From a virus, in IMG/VR virus record IMGVR_UViG_3300010413_002638, positions 32,001-96,000 of that record: a DNA stretch of 64,000 bases; one strand, 5' to 3'. The notes under the pieces are model-generated. The model was not told the origin of the DNA. It saw nothing but the letters and a program-made list of their open reading frames with translations, and ran no database searches. The translations under genes and the position numbers were made by a program. Of the stretch, positions 47,291-57,667 are shown in pieces (within the stretch, counting starts at the first letter, position 1; each line of letters begins with the position of its first letter).

Positions 47291-48385
47291 CTAAGATTCT
47301 GCTTGTTCAACAGCGTATAATTCGTCGCCCTCTACGACTACTTCGTTGTGAACCGAGAATAACACTTTCTTGTCTAATTCTTTGTGGCCCTTTTTGTCCG
47401 CATCATACCACGCCACAAAGAGATCCTTGTGTTGAGGAGCGTCCGGTTTGGTCTCTTCTTCCGTCTTCTTTTGTTTGATATCCAACCAACGTACCGACTT
47501 AGCACCCAGATCAACCAAGCGTTTCTTGATGACTTGTTTCTCGGCAGCCGTATAATCGCGCTGGAGAGCGACCCGAATCATATTGCCAGCAATATGACTC
47601 TCAGTCTTTTCCGGCAACAATTCATCTAACAACGTACAGAACTGTGGCGGAGCTTCTTCATCTGGTAAGAACCGCTCGCCAGCCTTCCAAATGTTGATGA
47701 ATTTGTGAGTATCAGTTTCCAGATCAAGACAATAGAAACCATGGGCTATATCACCTTCATCGAACTTGAAGGGAATAGGTGAACCCGGATACCACACATT
47801 TTCACCTATTTGTTGCTTGTTGTGAAAATGGCCGGTGTAGATGCGATTGAAAGGCAGGTCCTCAAAATCGATGGTGGTCCAATTTTGGAGTAGGAAGCAG
47901 GTATTCATGGTGGCTCCATGAATACCGATGTGTGTCAGCAAATTGTCACCGGGCTGTACCTGGTCCCTAATAGCCTTCAATACCCGCATATAGGATTTCT
48001 CGTAGGTGATGAACGGAAGAATCCAAAAGCGAGTGTCATCCACTTTGACTATTTTCACGTCTTCGACGACGGTGATGTGTTTGCGGAGGGCGGTTAGGCT
48101 GTTGATTTCCCAAGAGTGGCGGAGGAACATGTCGTGGTTACCGGGGAAGGCGATCCATTTTTGGTGGTAATCATCGACTGTTTCTTCGAAGAAGCGGGAA
48201 ACGTGGGAGAGTACTTCGATGTCTAGGCTGCGCCGGTCGTGAAAGAGATCACCGAGTATGAATACTGTGTCGATATTGGCTGCGTGGCAATATTCACGCA
48301 TGACTCGGCAGGCCCAGAGAATGTCTTGGAGGCGGCCTGGAACGCCGAAGTGAATATCAGCAGTGATGAGCAGTTTGGACATCAT
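47291..48385 (-). CDS. SbcD/Mre11 (T4 gp47-like) nuclease
   Basis: ADIH, GDLFH, GNHD, TGHFH, YPGSP. Confidence 0.92.
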   Translation of the reverse strand: MMSKLLITADIHFGVPGRLQDILWACRVMREYCHAANIDTVFILGDLFHDRRSLDIEVLSHVSRFFEETVDDYHQKWIAFPGNHDMFLRHSWEINSLTALRKHITVVEDVKIVKVDDTRFWILPFITYEKSYMRVLKAIRDQVQPGDNLLTHIGIHGATMNTCFLLQNWTTIDFEDLPFNRIYTGHFHNKQQIGENVWYPGSPIPFKFDEGDIAHGFYCLDLETDTHKFINIWKAGERFLPDEEAPPQFCTLLDELLPEKTESHIAGNMIRVALQRDYTAAEKQVIKKRLVDLGAKSVRWLDIKQKKTEEETKPDAPQHKDLFVAWYDADKKGHKELDKKVLFSVHNEVVVEGDELYAVEQAES

Positions 48386-48654
48386 TTTCCTCTGTCTTTA
48401 TATACCAGATAGACTAAACGTTCGTACATTGAATTGGTGGGATGTCGCAACATCTTATTAATACGTATTTAGTATTTTGTAACAGTAGATGGGTACTATT
48501 ATGAAAGAAAAGCGACTACCAAAGCGTGAAAAACGCAGAAAGATATATCGCTCTGACAGAGCCAATTGACCTAATAGAATATATGACAAATTATTTTCAG
48601 CGGAGATTCATTGAAAGATACCAAGGGATGTTCGAAACACACTAGGAGAAGAAA

Positions 48655-49182
48655 ATGTTTGACGCATTACTAATATCACTAGCTGATGGCCAATCCTACA
48701 AACACGTGCGTATCTTGGAAGACCAAGATATCCAAGCTAGCGATTTCCCGAAGCTCTTCGAAGAATACACTTCCGCCTTCCACACCGATGACGGTCGTTT
48801 CGTCATCTGCCACAATTGGGGCATCAAACTAATCCACCTAGATCGTCATCAACGTGGGACTCGAACAGGATTGAAAGTAGAAAGAATATTGGTGTCAGGA
48901 GACGCTCTGTATGCTCCGGCTACGATACTTCCAGGTGAATCCTGGTATGATAACGGAGTACCCTACTACTTCCTGAATACTAGTGGGATTACCGGTCAGT
49001 TTGTATTTTCTACAGTAGAGGGCACGTTCCTTACCGCCGACAAGAACGTGGTAAGCGTCATATTCCCAGCGATGCCCAAACGAGCTATTACTAGCAGTGA
49101 GAACGTCCAAAAATCCTTCGTTACTATGCGTAAGCGATCAGCAATACCTGATACTGTCAGTGGCAAGATACAACATACATGA
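48655..49182 (+). CDS. hypothetical protein
   Basis: AGGAG RBS. Confidence 0.65.
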   Translation: MFDALLISLADGQSYKHVRILEDQDIQASDFPKLFEEYTSAFHTDDGRFVICHNWGIKLIHLDRHQRGTRTGLKVERILVSGDALYAPATILPGESWYDNGVPYYFLNTSGITGQFVFSTVEGTFLTADKNVVSVIFPAMPKRAITSSENVQKSFVTMRKRSAIPDTVSGKIQHT

Positions 49183-49523
49183 GCGGTCTGGTCGATCTAA
49201 TATACCAATATCTGATGAACCATGAGGTGGTTGAGAGCTTGAATCCTACCGGGTTCGGTCTATCGCCACTAGCACATATTTCGTCCTCATACTACATTAT
49301 TGAATTTGTAGTGTCGGTGGAGATGCGGCGGGAGCCACCTGTCCCGTTGCTGTATCATATAAATCTTGATTCTGACAGAGCTATTCTGACTGTTTTAGAT
49401 GGTATACATGTACAAGTTTACCGATATTGTGATCCTGAGTTCCCACAAAATCTCCTCCAAGCACTCTCAAACATAAAGACCAATGTTGAACGATTTAGCA
49501 ATCACCGAACCAGTACACTTTGA
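49179..49523 (+). CDS. hypothetical protein
   Basis: ATGA overlap. Confidence 0.55.
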   Translation: MSGLVDLIYQYLMNHEVVESLNPTGFGLSPLAHISSSYYIIEFVVSVEMRREPPVPLLYHINLDSDRAILTVLDGIHVQVYRYCDPEFPQNLLQALSNIKTNVERFSNHRTSTL

Positions 49524-51264
49524 TCTTGACGCGATCGATGCTTCTTTCCCTAAGCCTAGTTATCGCGACGGACAAAAAGAGGCCATCGAGTTCGCCCTCG
49601 AGTCCTTCAACGCCGGAAAACGCATAGTCATCCTCGAGTGCCCTACCGGCAGCGGCAAATCAGCCATCGGGATGACCATTGCGGACATGGTGGAACGATC
49701 TTACTACATCACCATCACCAAAATCCTTCAAGACCAGCTTGTTGGTGACTTCGGTGATACCATCGTTAATCTCAAGGGACGAAACGCATATCCATGCACT
49801 TTCTACAACCGAGAAGGGCAGAAGTTGGTTGATAGGAAGCTTTGGACAGCCCAAAAACTCAAGGAGGCTGTCAATGCCCGACCGACTTGTGCCACTGGTT
49901 TCTGCCGTACCAAGACTAACAGGGATATGCCCGGAGCATCTTCAAGTCATTGCTCCATGTGCTTCACAACAGATGGTCCTTTCGGAACCGGTAGACCGAA
50001 AGGTGATTTGCATGATTTGCCATATGGCATGTCATATTCTGCCTGCCCATATTACGAGACTGTCTACTCGGCCATCCAATCTCGCAAAGTGGTCATGAAC
50101 TTTTCGAGCTTTCTCTATCAAACGAGCTTGACCAAGCGATTTGATGAACCGCGCGATCTGATGATTGTGGACGAGTGTCATAATATTGAGCCACAATTAT
50201 TGGACTTCGTGGCCTTTACGATTAGTGACCAGCACTTGCAGCAGTATGGCATCTTTATTCCACAATTAGCCAGTCCATATGATTATTATGTCTGGCTGGT
50301 GGACACTAGAGTTGCCCACTTGCTGTACGATATTATCAAGCAAGCCGAGGATGAAGAGAACCACAAGCTGGCCGACGAATTGAAATACACCTTGAAGAAG
50401 TTCCAGCTTTTCATTCATCGGATCGAAGAATCCGATGATGACCGGAATACCGAGTGGGTGGCCGATTATACGGAGAAATTGAACAGCTCTGGTGACATTC
50501 AACACCGGTCCGTCACAATCAAACCGGTCTACGCCAACGCTTTTGCCCAACCTTTGTTGTTCAGATACGCCAAGCGGATTCTGCTGATGTCGGCGACGGT
50601 GTTGGACGTGAACGTGGTTTGTCGTTCTTTGGGTCTAAATAAGTCCGAGATAGCCGCGAAAAGGCTCAAGAACCGCTTTCCGGTCGAGAACCGTCCGATC
50701 TACCTGAATACCGTCGCGAAGATGACGGGAGGCAAGGAAGCTATGTCCAAGTGGGCTCCCGCCCTAGTATCTGGTGTCAACGAAATCGTAGAGAAGCACA
50801 AAGGCGAAAAAGGAATAATTCATACCCATAACTTCGCCATTATGGACCATCTGTTGGTTCGGTGCAAGCCGAGCGTCAAGGCTCGATTTCTCTGCCAGCG
50901 GGATTTCATGAATAAGACGGAGATGCTGGCGGAGCATGAAAGGTTAGAGGATTCGGTGTTGATAGCTCCGGCGATGCACGAGGGTGTAGATCTCGTGGAT
51001 GCTTTGAGCCGGTTCCAAATCATCTGCAAGGTACCATTTGCCAATTTCTTCGACAATCAACAATTGGCTAGGCGTGTGGAAGTCGATCGGAAATACTATA
51101 TCTGGCTCACGGCACTGAAATTGGTCCAATCTTACGGGCGGAGTGTCCGTAGTGAAGATGACTACGCGGTGACTTATATTCTGGATGAGAGCATTCATCG
51201 CTTTCTGAAAGATGCGAGGAAGATGTTACCAACCTGGTTTACAGAAGCTATAAAGGACGAATAA
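49483..51264 (+). CDS. DinG/XPD-family helicase
   Basis: YRDGQ, CPTGSGKS, KGRNAYPC plus Cys cluster, DECH, MSAT, EGVD, QSYGRSVR. Confidence 0.92.
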   Translation: MLNDLAITEPVHFDLDAIDASFPKPSYRDGQKEAIEFALESFNAGKRIVILECPTGSGKSAIGMTIADMVERSYYITITKILQDQLVGDFGDTIVNLKGRNAYPCTFYNREGQKLVDRKLWTAQKLKEAVNARPTCATGFCRTKTNRDMPGASSSHCSMCFTTDGPFGTGRPKGDLHDLPYGMSYSACPYYETVYSAIQSRKVVMNFSSFLYQTSLTKRFDEPRDLMIVDECHNIEPQLLDFVAFTISDQHLQQYGIFIPQLASPYDYYVWLVDTRVAHLLYDIIKQAEDEENHKLADELKYTLKKFQLFIHRIEESDDDRNTEWVADYTEKLNSSGDIQHRSVTIKPVYANAFAQPLLFRYAKRILLMSATVLDVNVVCRSLGLNKSEIAAKRLKNRFPVENRPIYLNTVAKMTGGKEAMSKWAPALVSGVNEIVEKHKGEKGIIHTHNFAIMDHLLVRCKPSVKARFLCQRDFMNKTEMLAEHERLEDSVLIAPAMHEGVDLVDALSRFQIICKVPFANFFDNQQLARRVEVDRKYYIWLTALKLVQSYGRSVRSEDDYAVTYILDESIHRFLKDARKMLPTWFTEAIKDE

Positions 51265-51605
51265 TGTGCACATATTATCCCTATCAACCACAAGATGCTA
51301 AATCTAATCTCGACTCTACTCTCGGCAAGGTGGAGATGGAACACGCCGCTGCTGTGATTATCCAACAAGCCCAAAAGCAGGGCAATTGGAATGTGCGTGT
51401 TCTTTTGTGTGGTTATTCTAATCATGATACTGTATATGGTATGGAACTACTTGCTGGCTACGGCTGGTTAATATTTTTACCCGACGAGGAACGATGGACT
51501 ATTACGCCTGAATTCATCAAGCGAGTCTGTCAGAGTACCGAAGATCGGGATCTACACCGAGCTATCCAAGACTACGACGTGAAACCAGATGATTATTCAC
51601 CATGA
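51264..51605 (+). CDS. hypothetical protein
   Basis: Overlap-coupled. Confidence 0.55.
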   Translation: MCTYYPYQPQDAKSNLDSTLGKVEMEHAAAVIIQQAQKQGNWNVRVLLCGYSNHDTVYGMELLAGYGWLIFLPDEERWTITPEFIKRVCQSTEDRDLHRAIQDYDVKPDDYSP

Positions 51606-51985
51606 CAATTGATAATATCACGATAGAACGTGCTGCCTCTAAGCTCATCGAAGAAGGTCTAGAGGTGGCAGATATTTCTGGTCATTTCAATGTAAGGCGT
51701 GAAGGGTATCGCCGAATTATTATCTCCGGTCCCGGAGAATCTCATTGTGACAATCACAGGGAAGGTGTTTGGATCTATACCTATACCCATTGTTCTCGCG
51801 TCCGCACTAATCCTTTCCGAGAGTTAAATGAAGACCGGTACTTCGAGCATTCTAATCCTGAGTTCCCCACGAATTTAATCAGATATGTGGAGCTTGCCAC
51901 ATGTTCTTGGGCGGATTGGTGGGAGGTCTTCGAGAGGGAAGAAGGGGAGCGTGAACAATGCGAGTCTATCGACTCTTGCGAATAG
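51602..51985 (+). CDS. hypothetical protein
   Basis: ATGA overlap; shares a PEFPxNL motif with 49179..49523. Confidence 0.55.
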   Translation: MTIDNITIERAASKLIEEGLEVADISGHFNVRREGYRRIIISGPGESHCDNHREGVWIYTYTHCSRVRTNPFRELNEDRYFEHSNPEFPTNLIRYVELATCSWADWWEVFEREEGEREQCESIDSCE

Positions 51986-52293
51986 GGCGGCTCAAACAAC
52001 GAATGGTGCCGTACAAACGTGCCCTAGACGATAAAGCATTACCCGCTGATCGGCGTATTATCGCCCTAACCGAAGATGGGTTGGACAATCCACGAGCCGA
52101 ACCGGTCATTATCACTGATGACAGCTTGGTTCTCTTCGCAGATGGCCAAATCTGGCATCTAGGCGGTACCGCTTCTCTGGAAACGTGCCAGATACCCGAT
52201 GGTTATCGACCTTCTTACAATTGGCAGGCGGACCAACCTCGGCGATCATATAAGTGTTATATGATCTGGCAATCATTTCAATCTACTCCGTAG
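51958..52293 (+). CDS. hypothetical protein
   Basis: Operon continuity. Confidence 0.5.
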   Translation: MRVYRLLRIGRLKQRMVPYKRALDDKALPADRRIIALTEDGLDNPRAEPVIITDDSLVLFADGQIWHLGGTASLETCQIPDGYRPSYNWQADQPRRSYKCYMIWQSFQSTP

Positions 52294-52947
52294 CCACTCC
52301 CGCCAAGGTCGGATGCTGGGACGGTAGTGGATATTTTCTTTTTCCGCCTTGTCCGCTATAACCACGCAACGTTTCGCTTGCCATTCCCAGATTTTATTCA
52401 GCTCTTCGCGGTCTTTGTAGTTGGCTGGTACCATTTCTTTTAGGACGTGGCAATAATAGCCGAACTCACAGGCCCGCTCGATTTCTAACCAGGCCGGTTC
52501 GCGTACTCTGCTGTAGACAGCGACGGCAGCACCATTAGTATATGCAGTCCATTCGTCATATACATATAATGCTGTTTCATCCCAATATCTCTGTTGCTCG
52601 CAGAGGTAGCAGGGATAGCCACCGCCGCGATATCTGACGCATCGTGCTAGTTGGGACAAGCGAATGCCGGTCTTGGAGACTTTGACGAATCGTTTCTGTC
52701 CAACATAATAACATTGAGCACCGTATTGATTTCGCAGTATACTATTGATCCCATGTGTTGATTCATGTACGGTGGTGAGTGTACTCCCACTTTTGTAGAT
52801 GGAAGGAGCATTTGCCAAGGAGTATGGTGATTGGAAGAATGTTTGTCCTTCTAATGGGTTGAAATAAGCCAAGCAAAATGGTATTAGTTGTAACACCATG
52901 ATACGAAGCGATACCTCGGGTCTAAACATCTGTTCCTCGCTTGCCAA
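52273..52947 (-). CDS. putative HExxH metallopeptidase-like protein
   Basis: VHESTH, with downstream DEWTAY; hydrophobic N-terminus. Confidence 0.5.
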   Translation of the reverse strand: MASEEQMFRPEVSLRIMVLQLIPFCLAYFNPLEGQTFFQSPYSLANAPSIYKSGSTLTTVHESTHGINSILRNQYGAQCYYVGQKRFVKVSKTGIRLSQLARCVRYRGGGYPCYLCEQQRYWDETALYVYDEWTAYTNGAAVAVYSRVREPAWLEIERACEFGYYCHVLKEMVPANYKDREELNKIWEWQAKRCVVIADKAEKENIHYRPSIRPWREWLRSRLK

Positions 52948-53014
52948 TGGGATTATTGAGAGTCCCGTCTTGTGGCGTATTTATGGGTAAAACACTCCCG
53001 TCCGAGGTATACCC

Positions 53015-54844
53015 ATGCTTGAATTAAGAAGCGTTTCCTGGCGTAATTTCATGTCCTATGGTGATTATGTCTCTACACTTGATCTCACCACTCTGGGACA
53101 ATGCCTTATTACCGGAGAGGTTATTGAGTCTGACGTCAAGGAAACATATGATTCTGCTAACCCAATTCCAATAAGGAAGTCCAACGGGGCTGGCAAATCA
53201 ACAATCCCTAGCGTGATTCAGTGGGTGCTCTTTGGACGCACCATGCACTCGGCGAATCCAGGCTCAAAAGTAGTCAATCATTTCACAGGGAAGGACTGTT
53301 GGGCCAAAATCGAGTTCAAGAACGGGGACAGTATCACCCGCACTAGAAATTTGGACGGAACCAACGAACTTATCTACGTCCTCAACGGCGACGAAAACGT
53401 CGTCACTGCCAACACCCTGTCAACCGTCCAAAACCAACAAAAACAACTCGCCCGTGCTTTCAACCTCGATTGGGAAATGTTCTGCGGCAGTGTCTTCTTC
53501 AACCAGTATAGCAAGCCATGGATGGAAATGGCTGACCAGTCCCGCAAGAAAGCCATCGAACGAGCCCTCCACGTCGATCGATTCGAATATTACGCCAAAA
53601 TAGCCAAAGGCAAACTAGCCAAAATCGAAGCCGACGTAGAAGCCAGCGACCTCAAAGTACAAGGTATCCTCAACGAGATCGAACGAATTAAAGCATCCAT
53701 CGGAAGACTCCAAGCATCCGCCGCGTCCTTCGAAGACAACAAGAAAGAACGCAAGAAAGATCTCCTCCTCCGCGCCAAACGAGTCAAGGAAGAACGAGAT
53801 GCCATGGAACTACCCGATCTAGACAAACTCAAAGCCAAATGGACAGTAGTAGACAAAATCAACAAAAAGCTAGGCGAATATCGAGCCGAAGCAAACCGCA
53901 TCACCAGCGATATAGCCGAACTGAAAGGCACCAAATCTTCGCTCGAGCGAAAAATCGGCCTCTGGAATGACAAGAGCGGCACGATCTGCACCAGTTGTGA
54001 ACAGACCGTGCCAGCGGGCCACGTGGCCGCCCGCGTGGAGCCACTACAAAAATCGCTCGAAGAAACCATCGCCGAAATAGAGATCAAAGAGGCCGAACTA
54101 GGTCAGATCAGAGATACCATCGCCAAAACTCAGCAAATAGTGGCCCAAAAACAACCATCTTTGTCCACACGCGATGCTGAATCTATTCATTCTAGGCACA
54201 AGTCCAGAACAACAGAAATCAAACGACTCAAAGAACAAGCCGTTGCTATCGATGATGAAACTAATCCACATCACCAATCCATTACTGATGCCGAAAAGAC
54301 GATGGAGGACCGGCAGGCAGCACTAGAGAAGATCAAAGAAGACAACGAAAAGAAGACATACCTTAGCCAACACTACCAGTACGTGTACAAAGCGTACAAT
54401 GACCGGACGAAAATCAAGAGCTATGTCTTCCAGGAGCATATCCCATATATTAATGAGCGGATCAAGCATTATCTGGAGGTTTTTGGGCTTGACGTGCATA
54501 TCGAGCTGACTTCTTCGCTAGGAATATCTAGTAATCTTTGGGGTTACGAATTTGAGTCCGGTGGTGAGCGAAAGCGGACAGATGTAGCCTTCATGCTGGC
54601 AATGTTTGACTTCCACGAGCAAATGTATGGTCGCCAATGTAATATTCTGGTTCTAGACGAAGTCGATGGCCGCTTGGACGATGACGGTATTGATTCTCTG
54701 ATAAATATTATCAAGGATGATCTTAGCTCCAAGGTAGAATCTATTCTGGTTATCTCCCATCGTGAGTTGATGTGGGATACGTTCGCCAATGAGGTGAAGG
54801 TCACCAGGAAAGATAGGTTTTCGCACCTGCGGTTAGCAATATAG
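53015..54844 (+). CDS. SbcC/Rad50 (T4 gp46-like) ATPase
   Basis: NFMSYG, SNGAGKS, coiled coil with CTSC hook, SGGE, LVLDE, ISH. Confidence 0.93.
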   Translation: MLELRSVSWRNFMSYGDYVSTLDLTTLGQCLITGEVIESDVKETYDSANPIPIRKSNGAGKSTIPSVIQWVLFGRTMHSANPGSKVVNHFTGKDCWAKIEFKNGDSITRTRNLDGTNELIYVLNGDENVVTANTLSTVQNQQKQLARAFNLDWEMFCGSVFFNQYSKPWMEMADQSRKKAIERALHVDRFEYYAKIAKGKLAKIEADVEASDLKVQGILNEIERIKASIGRLQASAASFEDNKKERKKDLLLRAKRVKEERDAMELPDLDKLKAKWTVVDKINKKLGEYRAEANRITSDIAELKGTKSSLERKIGLWNDKSGTICTSCEQTVPAGHVAARVEPLQKSLEETIAEIEIKEAELGQIRDTIAKTQQIVAQKQPSLSTRDAESIHSRHKSRTTEIKRLKEQAVAIDDETNPHHQSITDAEKTMEDRQAALEKIKEDNEKKTYLSQHYQYVYKAYNDRTKIKSYVFQEHIPYINERIKHYLEVFGLDVHIELTSSLGISSNLWGYEFESGGERKRTDVAFMLAMFDFHEQMYGRQCNILVLDEVDGRLDDDGIDSLINIIKDDLSSKVESILVISHRELMWDTFANEVKVTRKDRFSHLRLAI

Positions 54845-54886
54845 TTATCAAATATAAAAGGAACAGTTGACTCCGGGAGCTACTCT

Positions 54887-55432
54887 ATGGATTCCCATAC
54901 TACTGAACATATCAAGCACGTCACGAACACCGAAGTTGTTCGACGCTTGCTTATCCGCTATTTTATGGAAAAGGGATTCACGGAGAGCTTCGACCGGCAT
55001 CTCTATCCTGCCCTTCTCCAAGATCTGACACTTCGTGTTCCACAACTCACCACGAAGATCGAAATAGTTCCCTTTGCCGAAGAAGTGGATACATTCCAGG
55101 GTAAAGCCATCTTGGGTTGGAACCTCTTCGTCCTCGGGAATCAACGGATGTACCTGGGGCAGACCTACCATAACGATTTGCGGAGTCTAGCTCGGCAACT
55201 CCAAACGGGAATGGTAGTTATTCCTGAGGGAAGTGTTATTAATGCCCGCCGTCAGACGACGCCACGCAGAGTAGTAACTTTCATTACTCGCGTGTTGGAG
55301 TCGCACGAGGCTGGTTATGTGGATTTGTCGGTTGCTACAAATCCGAAGAAGATTGGCGAGCCATATGCCACGAAGAATAGCCTAATGGGCATGCCGCAGC
55401 AATTTTTTACACGTAGTGGGTACGGCGTGTGA
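54887..55432 (+). CDS. hypothetical protein
   Basis: GGGAG RBS. Confidence 0.65.
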   Translation: MDSHTTEHIKHVTNTEVVRRLLIRYFMEKGFTESFDRHLYPALLQDLTLRVPQLTTKIEIVPFAEEVDTFQGKAILGWNLFVLGNQRMYLGQTYHNDLRSLARQLQTGMVVIPEGSVINARRQTTPRRVVTFITRVLESHEAGYVDLSVATNPKKIGEPYATKNSLMGMPQQFFTRSGYGV

Positions 55433-55474
55433 AAGAACAGTTTCGTCATGTAAATATAACATGGAGGTTATATT

Positions 55475-56206
55475 ATGCACGAAACTATCAACGAATCAGG
55501 AAATGTCTACGGCAAATGGATAGTACTATCGAAGTACAAATCCACCACTTCTTCTGCCGCTTGGCTTTGCCGCTGTGAATGCGGGTACGAACGACCAATT
55601 CTTGGCGTCGATCTCCGTCGTAATAAACTGCCGTTGTGTACTAATTGTTGTCGCGTTTGTGGCAAGACCAGGAACGAAACCGAGTTCAAGGGTAATAAAC
55701 GTATCTGTAAAGAATGCGACAAACGGCGAATAAAAGAATGGAAAACGGCTACGAACTATCAGAAGCAATATATGAACCCCTGGCTTAAAAGGAATCCAGA
55801 AGCTGTTGCCAGGCACAAAGAAACAGAACGAGATCGCTTACAGTCAGATCCGTACATTTTCCTTTGTTATAAATTGAAGGATATACGTAGGAAAATCAAG
55901 AGAGCCGATAAAAATCTATCTCTTGGCACTAAACAAAGATCTAGGCTAATTGACCGCGAGGTCACTATAACCGAAGAAGAACTTATCGCTCTTTGGGACA
56001 AGCAGAATGGGTTATGTGCTATTTCTGGTATGCCGATGGCTCACGAGTTCAAGAATCTTCGGTCTGCTAGTATTGATCGGATTGATAGTAGTAAGGGATA
56101 TGTGCCTGGGAATGTCCAATTGGTATGTCAGTGGGTGAACTACGCTAAGAATAACCATGCCGACGCGGAAATAAGAGAGGTATTGGCCGAATATGGCAAA
56201 GCGTAG
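55475..56206 (+). CDS. HNH-like homing endonuclease
   Basis: WLCRCECG, QNGLCAISG, SIDRIDSSKGYVPGNVQLVC...N..K. Confidence 0.82.
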   Translation: MHETINESGNVYGKWIVLSKYKSTTSSAAWLCRCECGYERPILGVDLRRNKLPLCTNCCRVCGKTRNETEFKGNKRICKECDKRRIKEWKTATNYQKQYMNPWLKRNPEAVARHKETERDRLQSDPYIFLCYKLKDIRRKIKRADKNLSLGTKQRSRLIDREVTITEEELIALWDKQNGLCAISGMPMAHEFKNLRSASIDRIDSSKGYVPGNVQLVCQWVNYAKNNHADAEIREVLAEYGKA

Positions 56207-56486
56207 AAAGCAAAAACGACAGAAGGGTTGGAAACAACCAAAATATCACCAATATATTAAATCAAAGGCTTGGCGCAATAGACGAAAACAAGCATTGATT
56301 GCGGCTAATTTTCGTTGTGAGATATGTGGTAGCACCGAAGACTTGCACGTTCACCATCTTAATTACAAGAGAGTTGGCAGAGAAAAGAAAGAAGATCTAC
56401 AAGTATTATGCGATCAGTGCCACAAAAACGAACATGATATACCAACATTTCTCGATGAGGAGTATGCCGCCATTGTCGGCGATTAG
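56193..56486 (+). CDS. HNH endonuclease
   Basis: CEICG...LHVHH..Y...DLQVLCDQCHKNEH. Confidence 0.85.
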   Translation: MAKRRKQKRQKGWKQPKYHQYIKSKAWRNRRKQALIAANFRCEICGSTEDLHVHHLNYKRVGREKKEDLQVLCDQCHKNEHDIPTFLDEEYAAIVGD

Positions 56487-56533
56487 CAAATTTATTGTAT
56501 GAAGCTCTCTGCTAGGCTATGGTGTATGATTAA

Positions 56534-57178
56534 ATGAGACTTGCCCTCATCAACGAGCGTATCGACTCTTTACACGATCAAAGGGTAAAGACCCTCAAGA
56601 ATATCGCTCCATTTGTAAGAAAAATCGCTGCCAGATTTGTCAATGGCGATAAGGAATATGCTGATCTCAAAAGCGCAAGATATACACCGTCTGATGAAGA
56701 CGACCTCTATCAAGTGGGACTCATGGCTCTCTGGAATTATTTAAGCAAAGTCGAAAGAAAAGAAGACGGTCGCTTGGATGTCAGTTTCAGCCGCGTAAAA
56801 CAAGAGATATTTTCTGCTATGGCGCGAGGTGGCAACGCAGAATATCAAGTATTTGGTGATATACCATTCCAGATATCCTCAGACGTGTATAAAAGAGACA
56901 AAGATTATACCGGTGTTGATCCTACTTATGATGTCTCTGATTTCGCTCAACCTGAAGGCAACAGAAGACATATGTTGGCTTCCAGAGCTGTGGATAACGC
57001 CAATATACCAGAGAGAGCTAAGATGGTCTTCCGTAAGCTCTTATCTGGTATGCAACAAGCAGAAGTTGCTCGTGAATTGAACGTCAGCAAAGTTGCTGTT
57101 CATAAGACGGTAAAGAAATATATGCCACAAGTACAGGCTGCTCTAGAAGAGGCGAAAATTGCTAATGCGATTCTATGA
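56534..57178 (+). CDS. sigma-70-like factor
   Basis: Region 2 FVRKIA...DDLYQVGLMALW; region 4 PERAKMVF...GMQQAEVARELNVSKVAVHK. Confidence 0.8.
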   Translation: MRLALINERIDSLHDQRVKTLKNIAPFVRKIAARFVNGDKEYADLKSARYTPSDEDDLYQVGLMALWNYLSKVERKEDGRLDVSFSRVKQEIFSAMARGGNAEYQVFGDIPFQISSDVYKRDKDYTGVDPTYDVSDFAQPEGNRRHMLASRAVDNANIPERAKMVFRKLLSGMQQAEVARELNVSKVAVHKTVKKYMPQVQAALEEAKIANAIL

Positions 57179-57641
57179 ATTTGGCCAGCCTACCAACACT
57201 GTCTGAAAGGTCTTTGACTTGATTACTAATGGTATACCGGCTATTGCTAAATTGCATACACCAGTAATAGCGTCCATTCCATTGATAGCAGGCAGCACCA
57301 GTGTAGCGGTAATTACCCAACATTATCGAACGATGGCCGCGACTGTTCATCCAACTCTGTATTGCTTCTCCTACTGTGCGTTGGCCGGAGGCGATAATCT
57401 CCGCAGCGCCACTACTGTGAGTGAGAGAGTTGCTCCTGACCATCCACTTAGTGTGGTTGGATGCCCGTAGCATTAGGCCATAATCCGCTTGGACTGGTTG
57501 TAATCCATATCTGGCCCGTTGAGCATTTGCTTGGTCGATCATCGCCACGAAAGCTGGCTGGTATTTGGTGGCGGCGGTAGCGTTGATCCGTTCATTCATG
57601 TTGTCGGACGCTATGGCCCAGAGAATCAATAGCATACCCAT
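57162..57641 (-). CDS. CAP (SCP) domain protein
   Basis: NAQRARYGL, H..WM....LTHS, AEIIA, WMNSRGHR. Confidence 0.85.
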   Translation of the reverse strand: MGMLLILWAIASDNMNERINATAATKYQPAFVAMIDQANAQRARYGLQPVQADYGLMLRASNHTKWMVRSNSLTHSSGAAEIIASGQRTVGEAIQSWMNSRGHRSIMLGNYRYTGAACYQWNGRYYWCMQFSNSRYTISNQVKDLSDSVGRLAKFIESH

Positions 57642-57667
57642 GTCAAGCTCCTAGAAATAGTGGCGTC

